A stretch of DNA of 52,412 nt from Candidatus Nanopelagicales bacterium (GTDB lineage Bacteria > Actinomycetota > Actinomycetes > S36-B12), in the NCBI GenBank assembly GCA_023263845.1, contig JALQUH010000131.1, forward strand, positions 1 to 52,412. Reading direction: 5' to 3'. The notes beneath the pieces are model-generated. The model did not search any database and was not told where the DNA came from. It worked only from the letters and a program-made list of their open reading frames with translations. The position numbers and the translations under genes are program-made. Shown piece after piece: positions 18,462 to 26,647 of this stretch (position 1 is its first letter; the number at the start of each line of letters is the position of its first letter).

Positions 18462-19496
18462 CTACCAGGAGATTTCGATGACGCTGGCGTTCAAACCCGA
18501 GCCGATGCCGAGGCAGCCGATGCGCTGCCCTCGCTGCAATTGGTCGGACTGCAGGGCGAGCGTCACCGGGATGGACGCGGGCCCGATATTGCCGTACATC
18601 GGGAACGTGAGCGGGACGCGATCGGGGTCAATGCCGAGGGCACCGCAAATGGCCTGCGTGTGCACGTTGGACACCTGGTGGATCACGTAGCAGTCGAGGT
18701 CCGCCCAGTCGAACTCCTCAGCTGCTTCCTTCCACAGTTCGCCCGACAGTTGCAGCCCGGCCTCAAGAAGAGCGCGCGAGTCGGTGACCATGCGATTCAT
18801 GTCCCCGACGCAGATGCGATGGTGCTCGGTCGCCGCGCGTGAGACGCCTCCGATGAGGCGGTGACCATCGGGATGGGCGGATGCACGACCAAGAACCATC
18901 GCGGCACCACCTGAACCAAGGGTGAGGGACGCAAAATCCTCGAAGATATGGGCCACCGTGGTGTCCGGCCCCTGCAGGCGCGCAATGGTGCGCTCCTGTA
19001 GTTCGCGCGACCCCTCCCCATCAACGATGAGTGCGTAGTCGATCTGACCCGCATCAATCAGGGTGCCAGCCAGATGCATGCCATTGACAAAGCCAAGGCA
19101 AGCATTGGACAGGTCAAAGTTGATGCAGTGCGGGGGGAGACCAAGCTGATGATGGATATCGACGGCCGCGGACGGTTCAAGATGTGCACGTGACACGGCG
19201 GTGTCAATCAGCAGTCCGATGGCGCCGGGCTCGATCTCCGCGGCCTCGATCGCCTTGCGGCCCGCCATGGCCGCCGCATCGGCGAAGGAGACACCCTCGG
19301 GCCACCAGCGCCTCTCCCGGATGCCGGCCAGGCTCTCCAGAAGACCCGGTCGCACCTCGAGCCGTGCGTAGGTATCGGCGAGTTGCTCGTCGATCCATGC
19401 CGACGTCACCGCGGTGGGGGCCTCAACCTGCTCCACCGACACGATGGCGGTGTCCTGGAACCTGAAGGTGGCATTGCGGGCCTGCGGCTGCGTCAT
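18462..19496 (-). CDS. oleA: OleA, FabH-like thiolase (head-to-head Claisen condensation)
   Basis: Active-site Cys context FDLSNACLGF, with KAS-III-like architecture. The likely start is ATG 19496 (GGGAAGGGA upstream); the track ORF extends to 19577. Confidence 0.8.
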   Translation of the reverse strand: MTQPQARNATFRFQDTAIVSVEQVEAPTAVTSAWIDEQLADTYARLEVRPGLLESLAGIRERRWWPEGVSFADAAAMAGRKAIEAAEIEPGAIGLLIDTAVSRAHLEPSAAVDIHHQLGLPPHCINFDLSNACLGFVNGMHLAGTLIDAGQIDYALIVDGEGSRELQERTIARLQGPDTTVAHIFEDFASLTLGSGGAAMVLGRASAHPDGHRLIGGVSRAATEHHRICVGDMNRMVTDSRALLEAGLQLSGELWKEAAEEFDWADLDCYVIHQVSNVHTQAICGALGIDPDRVPLTFPMYGNIGPASIPVTLALQSDQLQRGQRIGCLGIGSGLNASVIEISW

Positions 19497-19661
19497 GGAT
19501 CCCTTCCCGGCGCTCGCTGCGCCCTCCGCGTACGAAGGGCCGTTGCTCCCAGACGTAGGGCGCCACCTTCCACGCAAGGGACGAGTGTGTCACGGGCACC
19601 CGCTCAGGTCACGCCGGGCCGGTCGTGGCGCCACGGCGCTCACCTCACATGGGCTGTGCCG

Positions 19662-20594
19662 TCAGTCGAGGTCGTCGCCGGACTCGCGGCCATGCATATC
19701 GGCCAAGAACTGCTCCACCTGAGCGGCGATTTCATCGCCGGAGGCCACCCGGCCCTCGGGAGCGAGTTCGGAGGCACCCCCGGCGGCGTTTCCGGTACGA
19801 AGTGCGGCCATCTGGTCGTACTGCTGCTCGAGGGCCCGAACGATGGTGACGAACTCCTCGTTGTTCTGCAGCTGCTGGGCGATCTCGCCCTCAGCGCGCG
19901 ACGCCGGAGCTCGCAGGTCATCGACCGGCAGGACCAGACCCGTGGCCTGGCTCAGCGCCTCCACCATGGCGATCGCGGCTGCGGGGTACTCGAATTGGCC
20001 GAGGTAGTGGGGCACATGCGTCGCGATGCCGATGGCGTTCTCTCCCGCTTGGCTCAGTGACAGTTCGATGAGGCCGCCGATGTGGCCAGGCACCTGGATG
20101 TTGCCCGCCGTGTGCGGAGCCTCGACGAGGGACGCAACGTTGCCGTGGATCGTGATGCCGAGCGGGCGCGTGTGCGGAGCCGGCCACGGAATAGCCGACA
20201 GGCCCACCGTCAAAGTGGTCCCGGTCGTGCGGACCAGGTCAACGATGGCCGCACCGAACCGCTGCCACTGATAGTCCGGCTCAGGTCCGCTGAGGAGAAG
20301 GAACGGCGTTCCCGCATCATCGAGAACCTCATGCAGGGCGATCTGCGGCATATCGACAGCAGCAAAGTGGTCGGTCACGAAAGTGAGGACGGGGCGACGC
20401 GCGCGGTAGTCGAGAACCTCATCCACGTCGAAGGTGGCGAGGAGGCGATGCTCCCGGGACTGCAGCAGGCGGGATGCCATGGCGGTCGCGCCGCCGGCGT
20501 CGAGGAATCCGGTGAAGGCATGAACGAGGACCGAGCGTCCCTCCACGGGGGTCGGCTCACCGTGCCAGGTGATGAGATCGGCCGGATTGCGCAT
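19662..20594 (-). CDS. PAC2 (proteasome assembly chaperone 2-like) family protein
   Basis: MRNPADLITWHGEP...VLVHAFTGFLDAGGA...LLLSGPEPDYQW is typical of the actinobacterial PAC2 family. ATG 20594 is preceded by AAGGAGG; the track ORF is over-extended to 20654. Confidence 0.75.
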   Translation of the reverse strand: MRNPADLITWHGEPTPVEGRSVLVHAFTGFLDAGGATAMASRLLQSREHRLLATFDVDEVLDYRARRPVLTFVTDHFAAVDMPQIALHEVLDDAGTPFLLLSGPEPDYQWQRFGAAIVDLVRTTGTTLTVGLSAIPWPAPHTRPLGITIHGNVASLVEAPHTAGNIQVPGHIGGLIELSLSQAGENAIGIATHVPHYLGQFEYPAAAIAMVEALSQATGLVLPVDDLRAPASRAEGEIAQQLQNNEEFVTIVRALEQQYDQMAALRTGNAAGGASELAPEGRVASGDEIAAQVEQFLADMHGRESGDDLD

Positions 20595-20684
20595 GTGTGT
20601 CCTCCTTGCGAATGCTGTGGGGTCCAACGCTCGAGGTCCCGGACTTGTTCCCAAGCACCCCCGCCCATCAGCCGCGCGTGCGCG

Positions 20685-21491
20685 CTAGGAGGCGTCGGAC
20701 TCCTCGTGATCGACTGGGACGCCACCCCGGGTGCGATTGCGGGTGCGCTTGGCCGCCGATGATGTGTCCCCAGCAGAGGACTTGCCAGAGGACTTGCCGG
20801 ACGACTTGCCAGAGGATTTGTCCGAGGACTTGGCCGACTTGTCCGCGGAGGACTTCTTGGCCGACGGCTTCTTGGCGGCCTTCTTCGCGGCCTTCTTCGC
20901 GGCCTTCTTTGCCGCTGGCTTGCCGACCGAGGTCGGGGTGGGAGGTGGCTTGGGAGCCGGCTTGGCGGCTTCTGCCTTGGGAGCGGCGCCCTTGCCGCTA
21001 GCGGCCTTGGCCCCAGCCCCCGCTTCGTCCTGACGGTCACCGGTCGTTTCGGCTGCCTCACCTGCCTCGCTCGCAGCGAGATCTTCAGCCGCGGCCTTGG
21101 CCGCTCCCTTGATCGTCTCGGCCGTCTCGCTGGCGGCGCTGGCGGCCGCATGGGCCGCCGCTCCGGCGGCAAGGGTGGTGGTATCGGCCGCCGTCGACGC
21201 GGCGGCACCCGCCTGAGCGGCACCGGCCGACACCGTGTCCGCAACTGATCCGGGCAGTCGCACCGCATGAGCGGCGTCAGACACCGTCCGAGCTGCGTTG
21301 TCCGCGACGCCCGCCGCCATGCCCGCAGCGCCGGATACGCCGGCCGACGCTCGGTCGGCGTACGAGGAGACCGCCCCGGCCCACGCATCGGCCCGCTGGG
21401 CGACAGGGCTGGTGTCGCGGTACTTCTTCCAGGCGGCAACTCCGGCAACCGCACCAGCCGCAGCGGCGGCGAGGACGAAGACCTTGCGCAT
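20685..21491 (-). CDS. membrane-anchored Ala-rich protein with a Lys-rich repeat tail (HbhA/histone-tail-like)
   Basis: N-terminus MRKVFVLAAAAAGAVAGVAAW (anchor or signal), then a long Ala-rich helical region, then the C-terminus ...PAAKKAAKKAAKKAAKKPSAKKSSADKSAKSSDKSSGKSSGKSSGKSS.... GAAGGGAG ahead of ATG 21491. Confidence 0.65.
   Translation of the reverse strand: MRKVFVLAAAAAGAVAGVAAWKKYRDTSPVAQRADAWAGAVSSYADRASAGVSGAAGMAAGVADNAARTVSDAAHAVRLPGSVADTVSAGAAQAGAAASTAADTTTLAAGAAAHAAASAASETAETIKGAAKAAAEDLAASEAGEAAETTGDRQDEAGAGAKAASGKGAAPKAEAAKPAPKPPPTPTSVGKPAAKKAAKKAAKKAAKKPSAKKSSADKSAKSSDKSSGKSSGKSSGKSSAGDTSSAAKRTRNRTRGGVPVDHEESDAS
20776..20913 (-). repeat. tandem 12-nt coding repeats (two families) in the Lys-rich tail
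   Basis: gaggacttgcca-like units occur about 7 times (KSSG/KSSD) and ggccttcttcgc-like units about 4 times (AAKK). Confidence 0.85.
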
Positions 21492-21613
21492 GGCGAACTC
21501 CCTTCGTGACAGCCCCGACCGTAGCAAGGACGGCCCGACCCCTCCCGGTTTCGGTCAGTTGTGGTCACTTTCCGGCGCCGAACACCGGCCAACGCGGTCC
21601 AAAACCGCTGGAT

Positions 21614-22753
21614 CTAGCGGCCCTTGAGGTAGGCGCGGAAGAGTTCGAGTGGTGCGTTTCCGGCCAGGAACCGATCCCGCTCGGTATCGGGCAGGGCCAA
21701 CGCGTGCTCGCACACGCGCGCCCACGCCATCCCCACGCCCCGCGTGAGCGACCCGGCCACTGTGGCCGAGATCGCCGAGGTGGCCACCTGGCCGCCGGGG
21801 ATGAACTTGAGCAGGCTCGTCACGAGGTAGCGGCCTGCCATGGTGGCCCCGCCGGTAAGCACCAGCGCGCCAGCCGCTGCCAACGCACGCGATCGATCGG
21901 AGGGCAGTCCGTATGCGGCGGTGAGCCGCGCAATCATCGCTACCTGCGTCGGAACCAAGATGGCCGCATCCGAGAAAGGGATGGGAGTGGCGCCGACGCC
22001 AGCCGCGACCGCAACCGACGTATTGATAATCGCCTTCGCAGCCTGTCTTTTACGCTCCCAGTCGAGTATTTGCGCCGCGGTCAGTGCCGCCGTCGCCACC
22101 TCCGGCACCACGAGGTACGTCGCATCCAGCAATTCCTGCAGCCCGAACACCGGCGTACTGGTGAAGGGATCCTCCAGCGCATTCGTCAGCAGGACCTTGC
22201 CGGACGGCCGCAGCGGCAGGCCGAGGCTCTCGATGTAGGTGGCGAGTTCGACCGCCTCCGGGTGAGGTACGCCGTCTCGTGTCGGCACCTGCGTGATCAC
22301 CAAGACGACAGGCAGGCCCAAATTGGAGATGGCCCGCACGAACTCCGCCTGCCGGTCCTCGAATCGGCGGTCGGACCAGCGGACGAGGTACCAGGCGGCG
22401 TGGATGCGCTGGTCCATCGGAAGACCGCGGGTGCCTTCGACGCGCTCTCGCAACGCCTTGAGGATTTCATCACCGGAGTGCCCGGTCTCGAACCCCTCGG
22501 AGTCATACAGGCCCAGCAATCCGCCCGGATGCCGGTAGTAGACCAGGCCCTGCGTGACCGGTCGACCCACGCCTGTTTGCGCCACCTGGGCACCGAAGAT
22601 CGCGTTGACGAGGGTGGACTTGCCGACGCCGGTCTTGCCGAAGACCGCCAGGTTGAAGCAGCCCAGCGCGTCAAAGGCCTCCCCCAGACGCGCCCCGAAG
22701 AGCCGCTCCACCTCGCTGCGATCGATATCGCGACCTGCCACCTCGTCTGCCAT
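21614..22753 (-). CDS. GTPase with a C-terminal DUF697-type membrane-associated domain
   Basis: P-loop FGKTGVGKSTLVN, DSEGF (G3-like), and a C-terminal Gly/Ala-rich hydrophobic DUF697-like region. The start is uncertain: ATG 22753, ATG 22774 or GTG 22813. Confidence 0.7.
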   Translation of the reverse strand: MADEVAGRDIDRSEVERLFGARLGEAFDALGCFNLAVFGKTGVGKSTLVNAIFGAQVAQTGVGRPVTQGLVYYRHPGGLLGLYDSEGFETGHSGDEILKALRERVEGTRGLPMDQRIHAAWYLVRWSDRRFEDRQAEFVRAISNLGLPVVLVITQVPTRDGVPHPEAVELATYIESLGLPLRPSGKVLLTNALEDPFTSTPVFGLQELLDATYLVVPEVATAALTAAQILDWERKRQAAKAIINTSVAVAAGVGATPIPFSDAAILVPTQVAMIARLTAAYGLPSDRSRALAAAGALVLTGGATMAGRYLVTSLLKFIPGGQVATSAISATVAGSLTRGVGMAWARVCEHALALPDTERDRFLAGNAPLELFRAYLKGR

Positions 22754-22847
22754 GAGTCCACGGTACGGCGCCATCGCTCGTGACGTCGGCTCGTACAACA
22801 AGGTGCTTGGCACCAGAACACTCCACCCCGCGGGTTACCGTGGACCG

Positions 22848-23390
22848 ATGGGCAAGGTCCTGGCCGTGGTCGTTTCGGCGCTGGTCCTCGTGGGGGTGAC
22901 CCTCGCGGGGGCCTTCGTCGTGCTCGGCGGCGTCGACTGGCTGCGTGACCGGCAGGCGATCGTCGTCCCCGAGGAGTACCGAGTGGTCATTCTGGCCGCC
23001 GCCGAGCGCTGCCCGGTCGTGCCTCCCGAGGTGCTCGCCGCGCAACTCGCCTCCGAGAGCAGCTGGGATCCCTACGCCGTCAGTCCCGCCGGAGCTCAAG
23101 GCCTCGCGCAATTCATGCCTGCCGTGTGGGAGCAGTACGCCGTCGACGGCGATGGCGACGGCGTCATCGACGTCTGGAATCCCGTGGACGCCATCCATTC
23201 GGCCGCCGAACTCAACTGCGTGAACGCCGCCCTCGTCGCTGACGTACCCGGTGACGAGGTGGAGAACATCCTGGCGGCGTATAACGCAGGCTTCAACCAG
23301 GTCGTGAAGTACGAGGGCGTGCCCCCGTTCCCCGAGACCGAGGCCTACGTCGAGCGCATCCTCACCCGGGCCGAGCGCGTGCAGTTCTAG
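22848..23390 (+). CDS. secreted or membrane-anchored lytic transglycosylase (SLT domain)
   Basis: MGKVLAVVVSALVLVGV anchor, catalytic-Glu context LASESSWDP, and GAQGLAQFMP. The track ORF is over-extended upstream to 22554. Confidence 0.8.
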   Translation: MGKVLAVVVSALVLVGVTLAGAFVVLGGVDWLRDRQAIVVPEEYRVVILAAAERCPVVPPEVLAAQLASESSWDPYAVSPAGAQGLAQFMPAVWEQYAVDGDGDGVIDVWNPVDAIHSAAELNCVNAALVADVPGDEVENILAAYNAGFNQVVKYEGVPPFPETEAYVERILTRAERVQF

Positions 23391-23402
23391 CGCCGTCGAG
23401 TG

Positions 23403-24332
23403 CTACGCCCGCGGATTGCCAAACATGTCGCTGGCGCCGCGAGCATCGGCCACCAGGCCGGATACGACAGCACCCAACTCGGCTGGTGTCCAGCCACCGG
23501 ACTCCTTCGCCGCCGTCGGGCCCTTGACCCACGGTTCCGCAACGCCGATCTCATTTCCGGTGATCGTGAAGACCCGACCGGTTACGCCCGCCGACTGCGC
23601 GGAGCCAAGCCAGACAACGAGCGGGGAGATGTTCGCGGGGGCCAGCGGGTGGTAACCGCTCGCGTCGGGAGCCACCTTGGCCAGCTCCTCGAACAGTGGC
23701 AGCCCCTCCGTCATGCGGGTGAGCGCGACCGGCGCGATGGCATTGACCGTGACGCCGATGCGAGCGAGCTCATCGGCGAGGATCACCGTCATCGTCGCGA
23801 TGGCCGCCTTCGCCGCACCGTAGTTGGCCTGCCCGATGTTGCCGAAGATGCCGCTCGGCGACGAGGTATTGATGATGCGCGCATCGTTGGTCTCCCCTGC
23901 CTTGGCTCGGGTCCGCCAGTAGTCCGACGCATGTCGCGATACCGCGAAGGTTCCGCGCAGGTGGACGGCGATCACGGAGTCGAACTCGTCGGGTGTCATG
24001 TTGACGAACATGCGATCGCGGAGAATGCCCGCGTTGTTGACGACCACATCCAGGCCACCAAAGGCATCGAGTGCTGCCCCGATGATGCGACCAGCCCCGT
24101 CATAGTCGGTGACGTCGTCGGCATTGGCGACGGCTTCGCCGCCCATGGCGCGAATCTCCTCGACGACCTGGTCAGCAGGGCTCGCATCAGCACCACCGCC
24201 ATCGACGGTTCCTCCGCGGTCGTTGACCACAACCCTGGCACCTTCACGTGCGAAGGCCAACGCGTGCTCACGGCCGATGCCGCGCCCGGCTCCCGTGATG
24301 ACGACAATGCGACCTTCACAGATCCCCGACAT
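23403..24332 (-). CDS. SDR-family oxidoreductase
   Basis: MSGICEGRIVVITGAGRGIGRE (TGxxxGIG) and NNAG. AGGAGG ahead of ATG 24332; the track ORF is over-extended to 24395. Confidence 0.85.
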   Translation of the reverse strand: MSGICEGRIVVITGAGRGIGREHALAFAREGARVVVNDRGGTVDGGGADASPADQVVEEIRAMGGEAVANADDVTDYDGAGRIIGAALDAFGGLDVVVNNAGILRDRMFVNMTPDEFDSVIAVHLRGTFAVSRHASDYWRTRAKAGETNDARIINTSSPSGIFGNIGQANYGAAKAAIATMTVILADELARIGVTVNAIAPVALTRMTEGLPLFEELAKVAPDASGYHPLAPANISPLVVWLGSAQSAGVTGRVFTITGNEIGVAEPWVKGPTAAKESGGWTPAELGAVVSGLVADARGASDMFGNPRA

Positions 24333-24477
24333 GCTGCCTCCTGATCGACGGTTGGCCTGCTCTCTGCTTCGGAAGGCTAGTGCGCACCGACACAACCGCC
24401 CACGCGGGCATCATCGGCGGTGCTACGTTCGCCGACATGGCCGGGGCACCCCGGCAGGCGCACGGAGGGCGGTCATC

Positions 24478-24891
24478 GTGGCGGACATTGACTGGGACCG
24501 GCTGCGAGAAGCAGCCGTGGCCGCTCTGAGTCACTCGTACTCGCCGTACTCGAATTATCCGGTCGGTGTTGCCGGATACGCCGATGACGGTCGCCTGGTG
24601 TGGGGTGCCAATATCGAGAACGCCAGCTACGGCATCACGCTGTGCGCGGAGTGCTCGATGGTCTCCATGCTTTTCGCCACCGGAGGTGGCACGCTCACCG
24701 CGGCGTACTGCGTCGACGGACGGGGCGAACCGCTCATGCCGTGTGGCCGCTGCCGGCAGCTCCTGTACGAACATGGCGGTCCACACATGCGCATGATGAC
24801 GCCGCAGGGAATCCAGACGATGGATGAAATCTTGCCGCAGGCCTTTGGCCCGCACGATCTCGAGATCGCTGCCGCTATCGAGACGCAGTGA
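24478..24891 (+). CDS. cdd: cytidine deaminase
   Basis: Zinc motifs CAEC and PCGRCRQ, plus YSPYSNYPVGVA. GTG 24478 is preceded by GGAGGG. Confidence 0.9.
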   Translation: MADIDWDRLREAAVAALSHSYSPYSNYPVGVAGYADDGRLVWGANIENASYGITLCAECSMVSMLFATGGGTLTAAYCVDGRGEPLMPCGRCRQLLYEHGGPHMRMMTPQGIQTMDEILPQAFGPHDLEIAAAIETQ

Positions 24892-24950
24892 TGCGAGTGA
24901 CAATGCGACCGGTGATCGGCTTCCACGCCTGTCGCTGATGAGATCGGCGG

Positions 24951-26609
24951 CTACCCCAGGGCGAGCACTTCGGTGATGCTCCCTCGCAACGCGCGCATCT
25001 CGATATCGGCCCGTGCGCGGGCGGACCCGAGATCGCCATCGACCGGGACCTCCACCTGCAGGTAGCACTTCAATTTGGGCTCGGTACCGCTCGGCCTCAC
25101 GATGACGCGGGCGCCCGCCATGGCGAAGCGCAGGCCATCGGTGGGCGGCAGCCCATCAGCGCCCTCCTCGAGATCGACCACCACGCTGACCGGACGACCA
25201 CCGAGCACGCTGGGCGGCTCCCGACGGAGCCGCGCCATCGCGTCACGAATCAACTGCAGATCGTGCACGCGGAACGACACCTGCGAGGTGACGTGCAGCC
25301 CGTAGCGTCGCGCGAGATCGTCGAGGACATGCTGGATCCCACGCCCCTCGGCGGCTAGGTGCGCTGCCATTTCGAGCATGAGCAGCGATGCCGTGATGCC
25401 GTCCTTGTCCTTGACGTACGCCGGATCACAGCAATAGCCGAGCGCCTCTTCATATCCAAAGATCAACTCGGGGACCTTGGAGATCCACTTAAAGCCGGTC
25501 AACGTCGTGGCGTATCCCAGACCGGCGTCTTCAGCGATGCTGCGGAGCAGGGTGCCCGATACGATCGATTCGGCCATCGTTCCGCTGATCGGCGTACCCG
25601 CGCGACGCATCCGCTCAACGGTCCACCACCCAAGCAGCGAACCGACCTCATCTCCGGTCAACATGCGATAGGAGCCGTCGGCCGTACGAAGCCCCGCGGC
25701 TGCCCGATCAGCATCGGGATCGTTGGCGATGATGATGTCGGCATCGACCGCGGCGGCTTCGGCCAAGGCCAGATCCATGGCTCCGGGCTCCTCCGGATTG
25801 GGGAAGTGCACCGTCGGGAAGCGGCCGTCCGGGGCAAATTGCGCCGCCACCGGAACCGGCACGGGGAACCCGGCCCCTTCTGCGGCGCGCATGAAGACCT
25901 CGCCGCCGACTCCGTGCATGGCGGTGTACACGGCACTGATGCTCCGGGGTCCTGGCGGAAGCAGCTCAATGGCGCGCGCGACATAGGCGTTCAGTACTCC
26001 CTCGTCCAAGGTGACGTACTCGTCCGAGGTAGGGATATCGGCGATGGGGCCCACGGCCGCGATGCATGCGGCTATGTCCGCATCCGCTGGCGGGACGATC
26101 TGGCTACCGTCACCGAGGTAGACCTTGTAGCCGTTGTCATCCGGGGGGTTGTGCGACGCGGTCACCATCACCGCGCCACTGGTGCCCAGGAACCCGATCG
26201 CGAACGCCGTCACCGGAGTCGGCAGTGGGTGCGACAGCACCATGGCCGAGATTCCCGCACCGGCCATGATGCGCGCAGTGTCGTGTGCGAAGACATCAGA
26301 GTTCCGTCGCGCGTCGTAGCCGATGACGATGGAGTGCCCACCCGTAGCACGCAGATACGCCGCGAGTCCGGCAGCAGCCCGCATGACGACCACGCGGTTC
26401 ATCCGATTGCTCCCCGGGCCAAGCGGCCCACGCAGACCCGCGGTGCCGAACTGCAGCGTGCCGGCGAAAGCGTCAGCGAGCTCATCGATGGCGGCTCGAT
26501 CACCCGATTCGCACCGCTCGACCAGGGCTTCGAGGCTCGCACGGGTCACCTCATCGGGATCGATGGCGAGCCAGTCACGCGCTGTTCGCAGGAGATCGGC
26601 GAGACTCAT
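24951..26609 (-). CDS. phospho-sugar mutase (alpha-D-phosphohexomutase family; phosphopentomutase-type role likely in this context)
   Basis: 552 aa with the active-site Ser loop VTASHNPPDDNGYKVY and the Mg loop NDPDADR. It sits beside cdd and a nucleoside phosphorylase. Confidence 0.85.
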   Translation of the reverse strand: MSLADLLRTARDWLAIDPDEVTRASLEALVERCESGDRAAIDELADAFAGTLQFGTAGLRGPLGPGSNRMNRVVVMRAAAGLAAYLRATGGHSIVIGYDARRNSDVFAHDTARIMAGAGISAMVLSHPLPTPVTAFAIGFLGTSGAVMVTASHNPPDDNGYKVYLGDGSQIVPPADADIAACIAAVGPIADIPTSDEYVTLDEGVLNAYVARAIELLPPGPRSISAVYTAMHGVGGEVFMRAAEGAGFPVPVPVAAQFAPDGRFPTVHFPNPEEPGAMDLALAEAAAVDADIIIANDPDADRAAAGLRTADGSYRMLTGDEVGSLLGWWTVERMRRAGTPISGTMAESIVSGTLLRSIAEDAGLGYATTLTGFKWISKVPELIFGYEEALGYCCDPAYVKDKDGITASLLMLEMAAHLAAEGRGIQHVLDDLARRYGLHVTSQVSFRVHDLQLIRDAMARLRREPPSVLGGRPVSVVVDLEEGADGLPPTDGLRFAMAGARVIVRPSGTEPKLKCYLQVEVPVDGDLGSARARADIEMRALRGSITEVLALG

Positions 26610-26647
26610 CGAAAACCCTTCCCAGAAGATGCCATTGGGTCGCCAGC

